Origin: Eledone cirrhosa
Taxonomy: Eukaryota
Direction of reading: 5' to 3'
Assembly (NCBI GenBank): GCA_964016885.1
Contig: OZ024742.1
Location: 233,430,001 to 233,494,000 of the forward strand
Length of the DNA stretch: 64,000 bases
How positions within the stretch are numbered: position 1 is the stretch's first letter; each line of letters begins with the position of its first letter. A model generated the notes under the pieces. It worked only from the letters and a program-made list of their open reading frames with translations, was not told where the DNA came from and ran no database searches. The position numbers and the translations under genes are program-made. Positions 24,028 through 37,075 of the stretch are shown one piece after another.

Positions 24028-25755
24028 TAATTGTTTCTACATTTGGCACAAGGCCAGCAATTATCCCAGTGCATTACTGGTACTTTATTTTATCGACCCC
24101 GTAAGGATGAAAGGTAAAGTTAACCTCGGCGGGATTTGAACTCAGAATGGAAAGGGCCGTAACTCTATGCGTCAAAGCATGGCGTCCGACCCTCTATCGA
24201 TACTGCAATGGCGGTGGATTGGCAGTATCGGTAGAGGGTCGAACGCCATGCTTTGCAGTATAGAGTTACGGTCCTTTGCGGTCTGAGTTCAAATCCCGCC
24301 GAAGTAAACTTTACCATTAATCCTTACGAGGTTGATAAAATAAAACACCAGTAATGTACTGGGATAATTGCTGGCCTTGTGCCAAAAGTAGAAATAATTA
24401 TCATCATCATTATTACTAGGGCGGTGATAATGATGATAATTATTTCTACTTTTGGCACAAGGCCAGCAATTACCCCAGTGCCTTACAGTGGGGAATGTCA
24501 ATGTCAATTACATCATCCGATTACGTCACTGGCACTTTTCTCGGAAGAATGAAAAGCAAAAATGACCTCGACAAGGCGTAAAGAGATGGAACAAATATCA
24601 CTAAGCATTTGTCCGACCCTCTTCCGATACTGACAATCCACCGCCATTGCAGCATCGGTAGAGGGTCGGACGCCATGCTTTGACGCACTGAGTTACGGCC
24701 CTTTCAATTCTGAGTTCAAATCCCGCCGAGGTTAACTTTGCCTTTCATCCTTACGGGGTCGATAAAATAAAGTACCAGTAATGTACTGGGTAATTGCTGG
24801 CCTTGTGCCAAAAGTAGAAACAATTATTATTAGGGCGGTGAATTGGCAATATTGGTAGAGCGTCGGACGCCATGCCTTGTGGCATACAGTTACGGCCCTT
24901 TATATTCTGAATTCAAATCCCGCCGAGGTTAGTTTTGCCTTTCATCCTTTCGAGCCTGATAAAATAAAACACCAGTAAAACGCTGGAGTCGATTTAATCG
25001 ACTTTCTACTCCCCTTCAAATTGCTAGCCTTGTGCCTAAAGTAGAAACAATGATTATTATTATTATGCCGTTAGGGCGGTGAATTGGCAGAGGGTCAGAC
25101 ATGCTTTCCAGCATAGTTACGTCCCTTTACGATCTGAGTTCAAATCCCGCCGAGGTTAACTTTGCCTTTCATTCTTACAGGGTCGATAAAATAAAGTACC
25201 AGTAATACACTGGGTAATTGCTGGCCTTGTGCCAAAAGTAGAAACAATTATTATTATGCTCATCATCATCACGAGGTCGGTGGATTAGTAGAATCGCTAG
25301 AACGTCGGACAAATGCTTAGTGATATTTGTTCCATCTCTTTACGCCTTGTCGAGGTCATCTTTGCTTTTCATTCTTCCGAGAAAAGTGCCAGTGACGTAC
25401 TCGGATTGATGTAAATTGACATTCCCCACCCTACAAATTGTTGGCCTCGTAATTGAATTAGAAGTCAATGAATAGTAGTAGTTTAGCATTAACATGTTTT
25501 AAAACCTGGAGCATTGGGTCACGATCGTTTAGTAATAGTATTCTACTAACATCAACGTTGAGCTGAGTTAATAATTGTTTCTACTTTAGGCACAAGGCCA
25601 GCAATTATCCAGTGCATTACTGGTACTTTATTTTATCGACCCCGTAAGGATGAAAGGCAAAGTCAACCTCGGCGGGATTTGAACTCAGATCGTAAAGGGA
25701 CATAACTATGCTTCAAAGCATGGCGTCCGACCCTCTACCGATACTGCCAATCCAC
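24028..25755. mobile_element. Dense cluster of about nine family-1 SINE copies or fragments in both orientations, with inverted duplications
   Basis: Repeated A-box/B-box/CCTTTCATCCTTACGGGGTCGATAAAATAAAGTACCAG units; last copy has TSD CTGAGTTAATAAT (25563-25575 / 25756-25768). Confidence 0.9.
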
Positions 25756-26111
25756 TGAGTTAATAATGATCGATTAATGTCTAAAATAGTAAGTAATATC
25801 AAACTAAAATTCTAACGTGGATATTTTGACTGCTTTTCATTTTTTCCGCTGTCTTTAACCCCAGGTCGGCTCTGAATGAGTATAATAAAAAGCATTCAAA
25901 TCACTACTATCCTGTAATTTTTGTTTTTTATTCAGATATTGAGCATGCAGATTGCTCGATATACCAATTGTCCAAAGAGATGAAGTATGGTATTGTGGAA
26001 ATATGGCTGCAATTCCAAGTGTAATGAGCGAACTTATACAAAGCTTTCTCATTAGCAGTAATATAATTTATTTTAAGGGGTTTGAAAAGTTGATGGTAGA
26101 AGTCATGTTCT

Positions 26112-26700
26112 CTAATATAACGTCCACCTCTTGGTCCCGGCCAACAGGATAGGGGATACATTTCCCCGGAGGACGGCAAGAAAGACGCGCTGAAACATCC
26201 ACCCCACCTCGCGGGACACACACCTGCGTCCAACCAACTCCGCTCCGATAGGATGCCGGAAGCCTCCACTGATACAGGCTCTACCACAAACCAATCAGAG
26301 AGCGGCCGGTACTTGGATAGTTTTCCCTCTTCGGCCTTGCGGGCAGCGAATTCTAGGTTGGTAGCCGAACGCACCAGGTTGCCGCGACGGAAGGTGTTAC
26401 AGCATCTAGCATCGCAAATGTGGGGCCTACACCCACGGAAAGAGAGGATTATTATGCTGTCTGACCTTTTGCCGTCTCCATGGTCAAGCCCAACTGGCTC
26501 GCACTAAGAAGGGAAGCCTGCGCCATCCAGACCATGCTTTATAATCTCGTTGAGAGCAGTATGTCGTGGGAGGGGGTCAGCACTATAACGGCATGACAGT
26601 GGGTGGGGCTGAAAGGATCCACATGGGAACCGCAGCGGCATTTGTCAGGCTGACAGATCCAAAGGACGAGCCTCAGGGAAACACCGATGCGCGCAAGCAG
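26112..26700 (-). mobile_element. CRE-clade-like non-LTR 3' fragment (REL domain)
   Basis: EPVGLDHGDGKRSDS..WDARCCNT..AARKAEEGKLSKYRPL..FVVEPVSVEASG; related copy at 60040-60690. Confidence 0.7.
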
Positions 26701-27329
26701 TCGTTATCTAGCTTAACGCAAGATCGTACTTGCTTATACTAGCCCACATTCTTAGATACTAGCTTCACCGTCTACATCATCACGGGAGGGATCCTGAGGC
26801 ATTTGACTATGGATGAGTTCACCTCGTAGACGATGGAGTACGTGACTTAGCTAATGGATGGGCCTATTGAGCAAGAATTGTTAAAGGGAATCAATCTAGC
26901 AAATACGAAAAACTTCGACAAACGGTGACATTTGATAAAAACTCCAAAGTGCGAAAACGTAATATTTGGCTAAGGTAAAAGTTGTTAAATAATCTGCACA
27001 ATTCTTCTGTTCCCACTGGTCATGCTTTGCAGCCATACAGCGGGTTTATACAAACGAGTACTTGGTAGATGCTAATTGTTGTGGCTGCATGGATCTCTAA
27101 ACAAAAGCAGGCTTTGAAGACGACAGACTGCAACGAGCTTACGGTTGAGGTGGACATCTATCTGATCCTTACCCTAGTATGTGGCATTTAAGATACCACC
27201 AAGTCCCTTGATCAACATCTTTCAGAATCTAGTCATTGAATATTATGGGTAAACTTTCAGAGGGCACGACACTAGCGAATACTATTTTTATCTTGGTTGC
27301 GTTGATTTTCATGTCAACCTACAACTTGT

Positions 27330-27607
27330 GTGGAGGCGCATGGCCTAGCGGTAAGGGTGTTGGACTTACGATCATAATGTCGTAGGTTCGATTCCTGGGC
27401 TGGGTTGCGTGCTGTGTTCACTTCACGTTGCTCTAGTATACCCAACTGAAAATGAGTACCAACAATTGCTGGGGGTTTAACTCTGTGATGGACTGACGTC
27501 CTGTCGAAAGGGGAGTCTTGCACTGTCAGTCGCTTCATGCCATGAAACCGGGATAAGTACCGGCCTAACGCGCCTTCTAGCTTAAGACAAACTTTAGATC
27601 TTTAGAT
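27330..27607 (+). mobile_element. Second tRNA-derived SINE family (CORE/V-like body) with 11-bp TSD
   Basis: A-box TGGCCTAGCGG and B-box GGTTCGATTCC; TSD CTACAACTTGT at 27319-27329 and 27608-27618. Confidence 0.85.
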
Positions 27608-28097
27608 CTACAACTTGTACACACTGAGGCGTTCAACGACTGATAGGACATCAGCGCAGTTATGGTTAATTATCACGAATGCCACAAAGTGAGTGATGTG
27701 TCAGTGTAAATTCAATGATTAAGCTGATATTGCATTTGAATCAGGAAAGAAAAGTAAAGTACGATCAGCTGAAAGGAAATAAGAGAAGTAAGACAAGATA
27801 CATAGATGTATACCTTCAGAAGTAGCCCACATCACAATACTTTACTCAAAACGGATACGTTGATCATGATAACACAACTAAGAACACCTTTCCATATCTC
27901 AGCAATGTAATTATAACGCTAAAACGACGCATATCTTAACGGCTTAATTAACATATTTCAGGATGGTATGATATAGTGTAATTAAGAAAGACATCGAATA
28001 TGCAGATATCGTGTTTTGATCGGCTGATAACAATGTTTGCTAAAATGTAAACTTATACACATTGATTTGATGACACCAAAACTGCTTTGATAGTCAT

Positions 28098-28207
28098 AAC
28101 TGTTTCTACTTTTGGCACAAGGTCAGCAATTATCCCAGTGTATTACTGGTACTTTATTTTATCGACCCCGTTAGTATGAAAGGCAAAGTTAACCTCGGCG
28201 GGATTTA
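28098..28207 (-). mobile_element. 5'-truncated family-1 SINE
   Basis: Consensus match; TAGTCATAAC repeated on both sides. Confidence 0.85.
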
Positions 28208-28963
28208 GTCATAACAGAAGAACATTTGGCTCATAACGTTGCTTTAGGATTTCCAGATGTTGTGCTAGAAAACAGTAGAAATGTCTTGTATTTGATATAA
28301 AATAGGAACACACAATGTTATGGTAAGGGATAAATTATTTAACTATATCACTTACTTTGAAATAAATTTAAAAATGACCTTTCAAATCTTCTGTCGGGTA
28401 TTTGTCAAAGGTGCGTATTCTAGGATACAAATAATTACCCAGTACAAACAAGAATTATAAACCAAAAGTTTATGATTACACTGGGGAACATTTTCGAAAA
28501 ACTTTTAGCTGTCTTCCTTTTTACAATTGTTTCTAACTAAGTTGATAACCTGAGTTTAGAAATATCCTCAGAAATTTTCTATCACGTCAAAGTCTTTTGT
28601 TAAACAGGAATTCAATTTTGAACAAAAAATATCAATTTTGCCATTAAATGCAACACTGAAATAAGAAACTAACACAAATCACATATCACTTTTTATTGTT
28701 TAACAAATATATTACATAAAATGCTTAATTACACATCTAAGGATTGATATTTTTGTCAAACTGGAGTTTCATCTACTCAAGGAGTACACTTTCTATTTGC
28801 TACTTTGCGTGAATAACTTGCATCGTGTCAGTAGTAGTCAGCCATCAAGTTTCTGTTTTACTTGCTTTGATACTTTGTGGTCTTGATGTATCCGTGGAAT
28901 CTTTCTCCATGCTTATCATTAGTTATTTTAAAAAGGTTAACTGGATTTCATAAAAGCGTAAAG

Positions 28964-29140
<177 letters not shown>

Positions 29141-29300
29141 TTGTTTCTGCTGCAGCGGTGGCGTTGGCGGCTATTGCTGCTATTACTGATTCATATGGAG
29201 AATATATGGAAATTCATGAAGGCTAGGATTTTAACATTAGCAATAAGAATGAAACGAAACAGTTTCAGTAAACTCTTCTTTCTCCTAGCTTTACACTTTC

Positions 29301-29537
29301 CTAATGAAGGACTAACGTCCGATACTTTCAGATATTCTTCTTTCTTTTACCTACGAGTGTGAAACTAATACGACTTTGTGTAATTGTTTTTGTTTTTTTT
29401 TGTTGCCATTTGCTGACCGAGTAGCAGTTAATGCTACACGTAGAATACCGATACCCACTTGAAAATTTAGTAGTAAGATCGATTTTCGGAAATCCCTCAT
29501 AGAACTGCTGGCTGATGAGAATTCCATTGTCCGAAAC
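29301..29537 (+). ncRNA. Two degenerate hammerhead-like motifs (probable Penelope pLTR remnants)
   Basis: CTAATGAA-GGAC-TAAC-GTCC-GATAC (29301-29325) and CTGATGA-GAA..TCC-GAAAC (29512-29537); each 1-2 changes from consensus. Confidence 0.35.
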
Positions 29538-30222
29538 TTGCTGATTGTGGATTTATTATTAATCGATGAACACCGGATTCTCCACGGAATTTAAAACAGT
29601 ACTGTACCAGCTTAAATGTGGATTTTTGTACTCCGGTGGAATTTTGTGGGCTAATCTAGAGGGATACTGACTATTTCAATTGATGACATTGTGATTACTT
29701 TAGCGTCATATATTAATCATATATGATACAATGATTACACTGTTTTCATAGCTTAGGCCTCTGGCTGGGGATGTTGTATTACAATTAATCCTTTGCGTTT
29801 GCTCCAAATGAATGTGTTGAATACATTGAGAAATCACTGAATATCGATCTAAACTCTTATTACACATATTCTGTATATATACATATATATTCAATAAAAA
29901 CAACAGAAGGCCGGACACTTTCCTTAAAATTGTTTTTCTGCGAAAACACTATATATATTTCAATGGTTCAGTTTCATCATCCGATTATGCAAGATTTAGA
30001 CAATATCATCATGTGTTGATTTCATGATTAGTTACATAACAGGATTACGGCGAACACAAACAGATAATAGAGGATAGATTTGGTTCAAGGGTGGCTTGCC
30101 AATTCGGTGTAATTGTAACGCAAACCATCCCGGAATATATATATATGCGGCGTTGTACAAAAATTTGATGATAAACAAATACAATATACCAAGATACATA
30201 CTCAATAATTTGAGACTAGCGA

Positions 30223-30434
<212 letters not shown>

Positions 30435-30726
30435 CTTTTATCCTTCTATGTTGTTCACCCCTACGCGATTTACTGGTCCCAATAACTTTTTTTAGTTATT
30501 GCTCGCACCAACCTGAGGTATATGATGTTTAATGCGATGAAATACCAATGATGGTTGGAAAATCACTGACGAAGGACTATTTTTATCATATGTAACCCAT
30601 GTGCAACCACGCAATATTCTTCTTTCTTCTCATGTTTTATATAGTATATATATAGTAATAATAATAAATGTGAAGACTAAAATCCAAAGCAGCGATTCTT
30701 TGCTTAAACTTTAATCTGTTATTTTA

Positions 30727-30729
<3 letters not shown>

Positions 30730-30825
<96 letters not shown>

Positions 30826-30836
30826 TATATATATAT
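30730..30836. repeat. (TA)n microsatellite
   Basis: Direct observation. Confidence 0.98.
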
Positions 30837-30889
30837 ACAATATATTAACAAATGGAAACTATATTTATAAAACCATATTTATTTCATTA

Positions 30890-30940
30890 TACATATTTCA
30901 AGAGCCACCAAAGTAAACTATGGTGCGCTTTCATCAGATA
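30890..30940 (-). ncRNA. Hammerhead-like motif
   Basis: Minus strand CTGATGA-AAGCGCACCA-TAGTTTACTT-TGGTGGCTCTT-GAAAT: intact core with imperfect long stem II. Confidence 0.45.
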
Positions 30941-31064
30941 AAATATAATATAGGTTAGTTTTATAAATAAATATTGACATACCCTTAAAAAATGCAACCA
31001 TTCTGGTTGAAATCTTCTGGATAAAAATATTTTGCTTGTTGTATCCCAACAAATGAAATATAAC

Positions 31065-31154
<90 letters not shown>

Positions 31155-31159
<5 letters not shown>

Positions 31160-31887
31160 GTTATTAGGAGTATTCCAAAGCTTGGTAGAACAAGTTGTGA
31201 GGAAAGTTCTCAACATACGTTAAGGTGACTCGACAGGTTGGTAGGGATTCTGTAGTGGAAACACGAACAAACGAGGAGTGTAATCAAAGAAGAGAAATAG
31301 GACGAAGGTAAACAGTTACACCTTCAAAACTCGTTGGTACACGCATCGTTACGCAATAAAGCACCACCAACACCGTTACGTAACGACTCTCGCCGACAAA
31401 ATTTGGCTCTTAAAAGGGAGTAACTGACAATACACCCTTAAATGGACCAAACTCTCACATGCTCCTCCATACCGGAGTGGGATGAAAACGTGCCCGTTGT
31501 GTAATAATGAGCTCTTCCATATTCTAAGCTCAAGCCACCAACTACTCAACAACAAAACTGAAAGGTCAATTTTTTGCCAGCATAAACTGAAAGCGAAATT
31601 CTCACACTTCAAACCTTCAACCAAATCCTAACACTACCTATCTTTCTACCCTAAATAACAATTCTACACCCCTAAAAATAGACTATATATGAAATTTAAT
31701 ACTTTCTTCCTTCATCTGTTCTCTGGTAAGACTTTCGCCTGTCCACTTCCAAATGCCTCTTAAAATTCTATCTTCCTTCTCTCTCCCTCTACTCATCACA
31801 ACTTTTAGCACACAACCCTCCTCCCCCTCCCTATACAAATCCTCTCACACCACACTATCTCTTTCTCTTTCTCTCCCTACCTCCATC

Positions 31888-31928
<41 letters not shown>

Positions 31929-32153
31929 GCCCCTCTCTCTCTCTCTGTTCCTCTATCTTACACTACTACCCCTTATTTCATTTCCTAAGGTCATTCCAAC
32001 TTTGTATTTTGAAAATTCGGATGCTACAGTATCTTTCTTGATTGCCTATTATAACATAGTGTAGCAATAATGGACTGAAATTCTGATGAAACAATTGTTA
32101 ATACGTGGATTAAATTCTTTTGTAACTGTTTACCTTCGTCCTATTTCTCTTCT

Positions 32154-32154
<1 letters not shown>
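31155..32154 (+). mobile_element. Penelope-like 3' fragment with inverted terminal segment
   Basis: TTLADKIWLLK..YTLKW..APPY..KTCPLCNNE..LLNNKTE..FCQHK (PLE endonuclease C-terminus) at ~31380-31590; perfect 34-bp inverted repeat at 31287-31320 / 32121-32154. Confidence 0.72.
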
Positions 32155-32203
<49 letters not shown>

Positions 32204-33424
32204 GAGCTGGACTCAAATTATTGTTTATGTGTCCTGATATAATGTATTTCTTTACTATCATATATTTGTATAAAGTGGTGTTTAATTAATTCAATCATGG
32301 TTTTGTGACTGATAATTATATTATCAATTTAGTACAAAAGTTAAGCAAATTCGACAGCAGCAGAATCGAAACTCAGATCTTTGAAATGCGGAACTAAGCA
32401 CTACATTAAAACATTAAAGACATAAATGTTACTATTTCTGTTTATCTAACATCATTTATATCAGATAACAGTTTGATGTTTTAATGTAAGAATTATCATA
32501 TAGATTTTCTTTAACAGAATTCAAAGAAATAAACTTTGATAAGAGGAAATCTTTCCTTTTTTGCTGTAAGGTACTTTGCAAAGACAATATATACTTTCAT
32601 AAAGATAATAAAATTGTATAAAAGCATTTGTCAGAATCAACAGTAAGATTTCGAAAAATTACAATACACCACAAAGCTAGTAACAGTACGTGAATGTATT
32701 GCCCTACTTTTAATGTCTTTTGGGACTTTAACAAGGAGGAAATGGGTAGAAAGAGAGAAAGAGATAGAGACAGTGAGATAAATGTGAAAGAGAGAAAGTT
32801 GTGAGGGAGAAGTGGGAGTAAAACAGTTGAAGAGTCTGTATCAAGTATGATGTTAGAGAAATGCATTAATAGCTTTACGATAGAAACTAAAAAGATATTA
32901 TCCAATCGGTATTAACGTTGAGTGCAGTGCAAACAGCTAAAAGTAACAGTCAATTAACTGACAAACACAGATGTCAGTTGGTATCAAATGCAGCCTCACA
33001 AGATGCCTTAGTTAACTTCTACATTTTAACCATCATTGTTTGAAGGATTCAAATGAATTGCGATCACCAAATAAAACACAAAAGTAAAAATAAAAATAAA
33101 TACAAAATATTTCTGATGGCATATTTTGCAATGACGTGTTTTAAAATGGGAGACATTTCTTGTAACTGAAACTATTGGTTTGTTCAATTGAATATAATTT
33201 TGGCTGCAAAATCTTTATCAATTTTAGAAGTTCGCAGATGTATTTATTAGCAGTATATGTATTAGCAGTAGCAGTATAAATATAACAGTACCAGTATATA
33301 TATATTAGCAGTAGCAGTATATGAGATAGCTGCGAGATGATCACAGCTTAACACATTCATATCGAGACTCTTGTATGTTTATTCTATATTAGCATATTGC
33401 ATATTCCTTCGTATACGCCTCTAT

Positions 33425-33439
33425 TAGATAGATAGATAA

Positions 33440-33525
<86 letters not shown>
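33425..33525. repeat. (GATA)n array, 3' flank of Tx1-like element A
   Basis: Direct observation. Confidence 0.98.
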
Positions 33526-33660
33526 TTCTTTATTAACCACAAGGGCGCACAAGAAAAGGGGACAATACAAAGACACATGCCGGGAATTTTTCAAACAACC
33601 CTCAACTCCAGGAGCATGTTTTGCAAGTGCTCCTTTCTTCTTTTCCCTTTCTTCCTCCAC

Positions 33661-36600
33661 CTACAGGTTTATATACAAAGAAGGGCCAATCACTCGTGCC
33701 ATTCTCGCCACATTCACCCATCTTTCAGTAAATTTACTGGGATGCAGTACCTCTCTCTCCACCCTGATTCTCCTTCTGAAGTGATATCTAAAGAAGGGAA
33801 TGAGCTGTTGTCCGGAGTGAAAGGCATCTGTCCTCAGTCTTCTCAATCTCGTCCACCATATTACCTCTTTCACCATAGCCACCATACAGAGGAAAACCGC
33901 CTCTCTTTCGTTTTTAAATGAAGATGGCAGTTTGATTCTTACTATGGACTCGGCAGTCAACTGGATTTGTCCCACATGCGACAGTAGTTGTTCTGCGTAG
34001 TTCCACAGGTCGGTTACGCCCGGGTAGTGTACAATTGCGTGCAGGACAGTTTCAATGTCCTGCTCGCATCTTGGACACGTCCTCTTTTAAGGATGCCTCT
34101 AGATCTTGTCGCGTACTGTTAGAGCTCCTCGGTAGCACTGCCAAGTCAGAGACTTTTGGAAGTTGTCCATACGTCCTGGGCGGAAAGTCCGACCGAATAG
34201 ACTGGTCAGCTCGTTTTCTTCGACGCCAGACTCTTTCCGAGAACGTCGTCGCATTTGTTCCGTACTAACCTTCTATAGAATGACGAAGTGGAGTTTCCAC
34301 TGATTGCTGTGCCCGCTTGACAGAGGATTGTGAGCGCCTGAGCGCATTCGATGTGCCAGGCGCCCATTTTCTTCGGTCTCTGCTTGACCCAGGACTGCAG
34401 CTCCGTCAGCGAGACAAGTTGCGGAAAGGCTTGTCTCACAAACGGTTCCACACTGGTTGGGGTCGGTGAGGAATACCTGCAGATGCCGTAGCCTCAGAGC
34501 ATGTTTGCGCATCATCAGCCATGGCATTCCCAGCCCTCCGTTGGAAGGGTGCTGGCAGCAACGGATCTTCTCAGCAATGGAGCCTGCTTCTTCCAAAGGA
34601 ATTGGAAGACTATGCGTTCCATTTTGGTGAGGTTTTGACGGGGATAAGGCACGACGGCCAAGCAGTAGGAGATGACGGACACTATGAAAGTGTTTGCCAC
34701 CTCCGCTCGATCTTTCAAGGATAGTTTGCACTCTGCCCACTTCTGGGTGAGCGCAAATACCTTGGCCGTGACCTCGTTCCAGTTTTTCTCTACCTGGAGG
34801 TTCGGACCGAACCAGACCCCGGTCCTTCCGCCCAGGGTCCGACGACTCTGTCGGATGGCATCCACGTTTGCCTCTCCACGTTCCGAGTTGCAAACCGACA
34901 GATTTGTCTGGTTCAGTTTTGCTCCTGTAAGCCTTTCGTATTCATGCAGTAAGTTGCCGATCACCCCGATTTCCGAGGTTTCGACACCATTACTGTCACG
35001 TCGTCGGCATAAGCCGACGCCGCTTTCCCCAGTCCCGGTTCCAAAGGGATGCCCGCAAAAGCTCCAACTTCCGCAGTAGTGGTTCTAGAGTCAACACGTA
35101 CAGGATGGAGGAAAGAGGACATCCCTATCGGATGGAACGCGTGATTCGGAACGGCTCCGATAGGTAGCCGTTCACCTTAACCCTTGAGCAGGTGTTGGTA
35201 TGCATGGCCGTGATCCAGCCTCTGAAGACGGGTCCGAAACCGGCCGCCTTGAGAACCGCTTCCAAGTATCGATGGTCGACACTATCAAACGCCTTAGACT
35301 GATCTAAATTGATCAGAGCCGCACCGAAGCCCGGTTTACACCCCACCCTCTCTATGATGTATCGCATGAGATGGAGGTTGTCGTGTATGAACCTGGCTGG
35401 AATTGCACACGTTTGAGTCTTTCTCACCAGGTTCTCGACGACAAGCGCCAGCCTCGTTGCTAACACCATGGCCAAAATTTTTAACTCTGTGTTTAGGAGA
35501 GTTATGGGCCTGAAGTTACTTATCCCCCCCCCCTTCCCCCCCTTGTTCTCGGCTTTCCTGATCAGCGTTACTACGCCCCTGCCTACAGAACTGGGAATTC
35601 TTCCGTTCTGCTGCCAGTTGCAGTAGACGGCTTCGGGGACGCCAGACAAGTCCGGCATGCCTATGTAAAATTCATAGAGTAGACCATCTAATCTAGACCG
35701 GGTGATTTGCGTTTCCCGCAGCGTCCCGTATCTCAGTGGCTGTGATCGGTCTTTCGCAGAACTTGGCGTCAATGCTCGAGATATGCGGTAGGCCGTCGAG
35801 GTATGAACCGAAGTCCATTGCCCCGCTCGGCGCACCACTCTGCTCGAACAGTTGCGCAAAGTGCTGCTGAAAAGCCTTGCACATCTGCCTGGAATCAAGT
35901 AGCACGCGTCTGTTTTGGTCTTTCAAAGACCGAATCGTGGACTTGCCACTTTTCGACTCTGCCACTCGGGCCCAGCTAACAGCTTTTGCTCCCTCATTTC
36001 CTAGAGCACGTGATCTACTCCTGACCACGCAGCCTTCGTGTTTCACATCGAAGAACTGGTCTAGTGCCATTCTCGCTGCTAGCACTCTAGCTGCGTTGCC
36101 ACTCCTAAGCGCCTCTTCTACTTTAGCTACTAGCTCTCTTTCTGTTTTGTCTTTCTCTAAGACTAGTTCTTTGCTAAAAGCTATGGACTACTCTAATTGC
36201 TCTCTTGAGAGACTACCGCCACCTATTGCTGACGGTGGATCCCGTCAATTGGTGCTTAACTAAACTACTTATCTGTCTACTGTAGGCTTTACGCGTCGGC
36301 AACAACATGTTCAGCTTCCAGTATCCGGGTCCTTGTCTATGCGTTCTATCATGTTTGACTATGCAGGTGACTAGTTTGTGGTCTGAATAGGCAACCATTT
36401 ACATTTGTGGACAGCTTAATATTTTCCTGTCTCTCTCTCTAATTAAGAATCTATCTAAATACGATCGAGATGTCCCACTGCGATTTGTCCACGTCCACTG
36501 TGGTGCAGTCGGGAAATCTAGTCGATACCTATCGGCCAGTTGGAATTGGCCGATTAAATATTTGAGGCTGTTGCACCCTCCTCTACTGAGACATGTTCCT

Positions 36601-37034
36601 ACATAGTCCCAACGTGCGTCTAGGATACCATTCCAGTCCCCCACTAAAGGCAAGGAGCGAGACGTTCCCAGAAAAGACTCTAGACTCTTAAAGAAGTCTG
36701 GTCGCGATCCCAGTCTGAAGGCTCCACCTCCAACACTGTTCACGTCTAGGACTACCAGTCTACCCTCCGGGTCCAAGTGTACTTGCTGTATTTCGAGGTC
36801 CAGGTTTTTCCCAAACATAACAGCCACTCTCCCTCCACCTCCTGGCTGACAGAGAGATGCGTAGATCTCAAAGTCATCAAAGATGGTGGTTAGTTGCTGC
36901 TTGTTGTGTATCCTGGACTCGCTGATGGCTATCACATCCATACCGTGTGACCTAAGATCGTTTAAAAGTTGGCCCTGTTTCCAGGGCATCCCTAGGCCTC
37001 GCACATTCACACTTCCAACTCGTAGATTAGCCAT
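33661..37034 (-). pseudogene. Element A ORF2 (APE, RT, C-terminal region), frameshifted
   Basis: SVNVRGL, ISESR, GDWN, SYLDRF, SDH, GPGYWKLN, NFRPITLLN, LDQSKAFD; ends GPSLYINL*. Confidence 0.9.
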
Positions 37035-37075
37035 GTTGGTGGAGAAGAGTTGGCGAAAAAGGACGAAAAATGCAC

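Noticed and set aside
23385-24030. 202-aa and 125-aa hydrophobic ORFs as a membrane protein
   Set aside because: Derived from a CT-rich low-complexity tract; no recognisable motif
24028-25755. Regularly repeated units superficially like a CRISPR array or tRNA cluster
   Set aside because: Units are ~190-bp SINE copies in mixed orientation, with no short repeat-spacer periodicity, no cloverleaf and no cas genes
27330-27400. tRNA-like A and B boxes as a true tRNA gene
   Set aside because: No acceptor stem; continues into a SINE body flanked by a TSD
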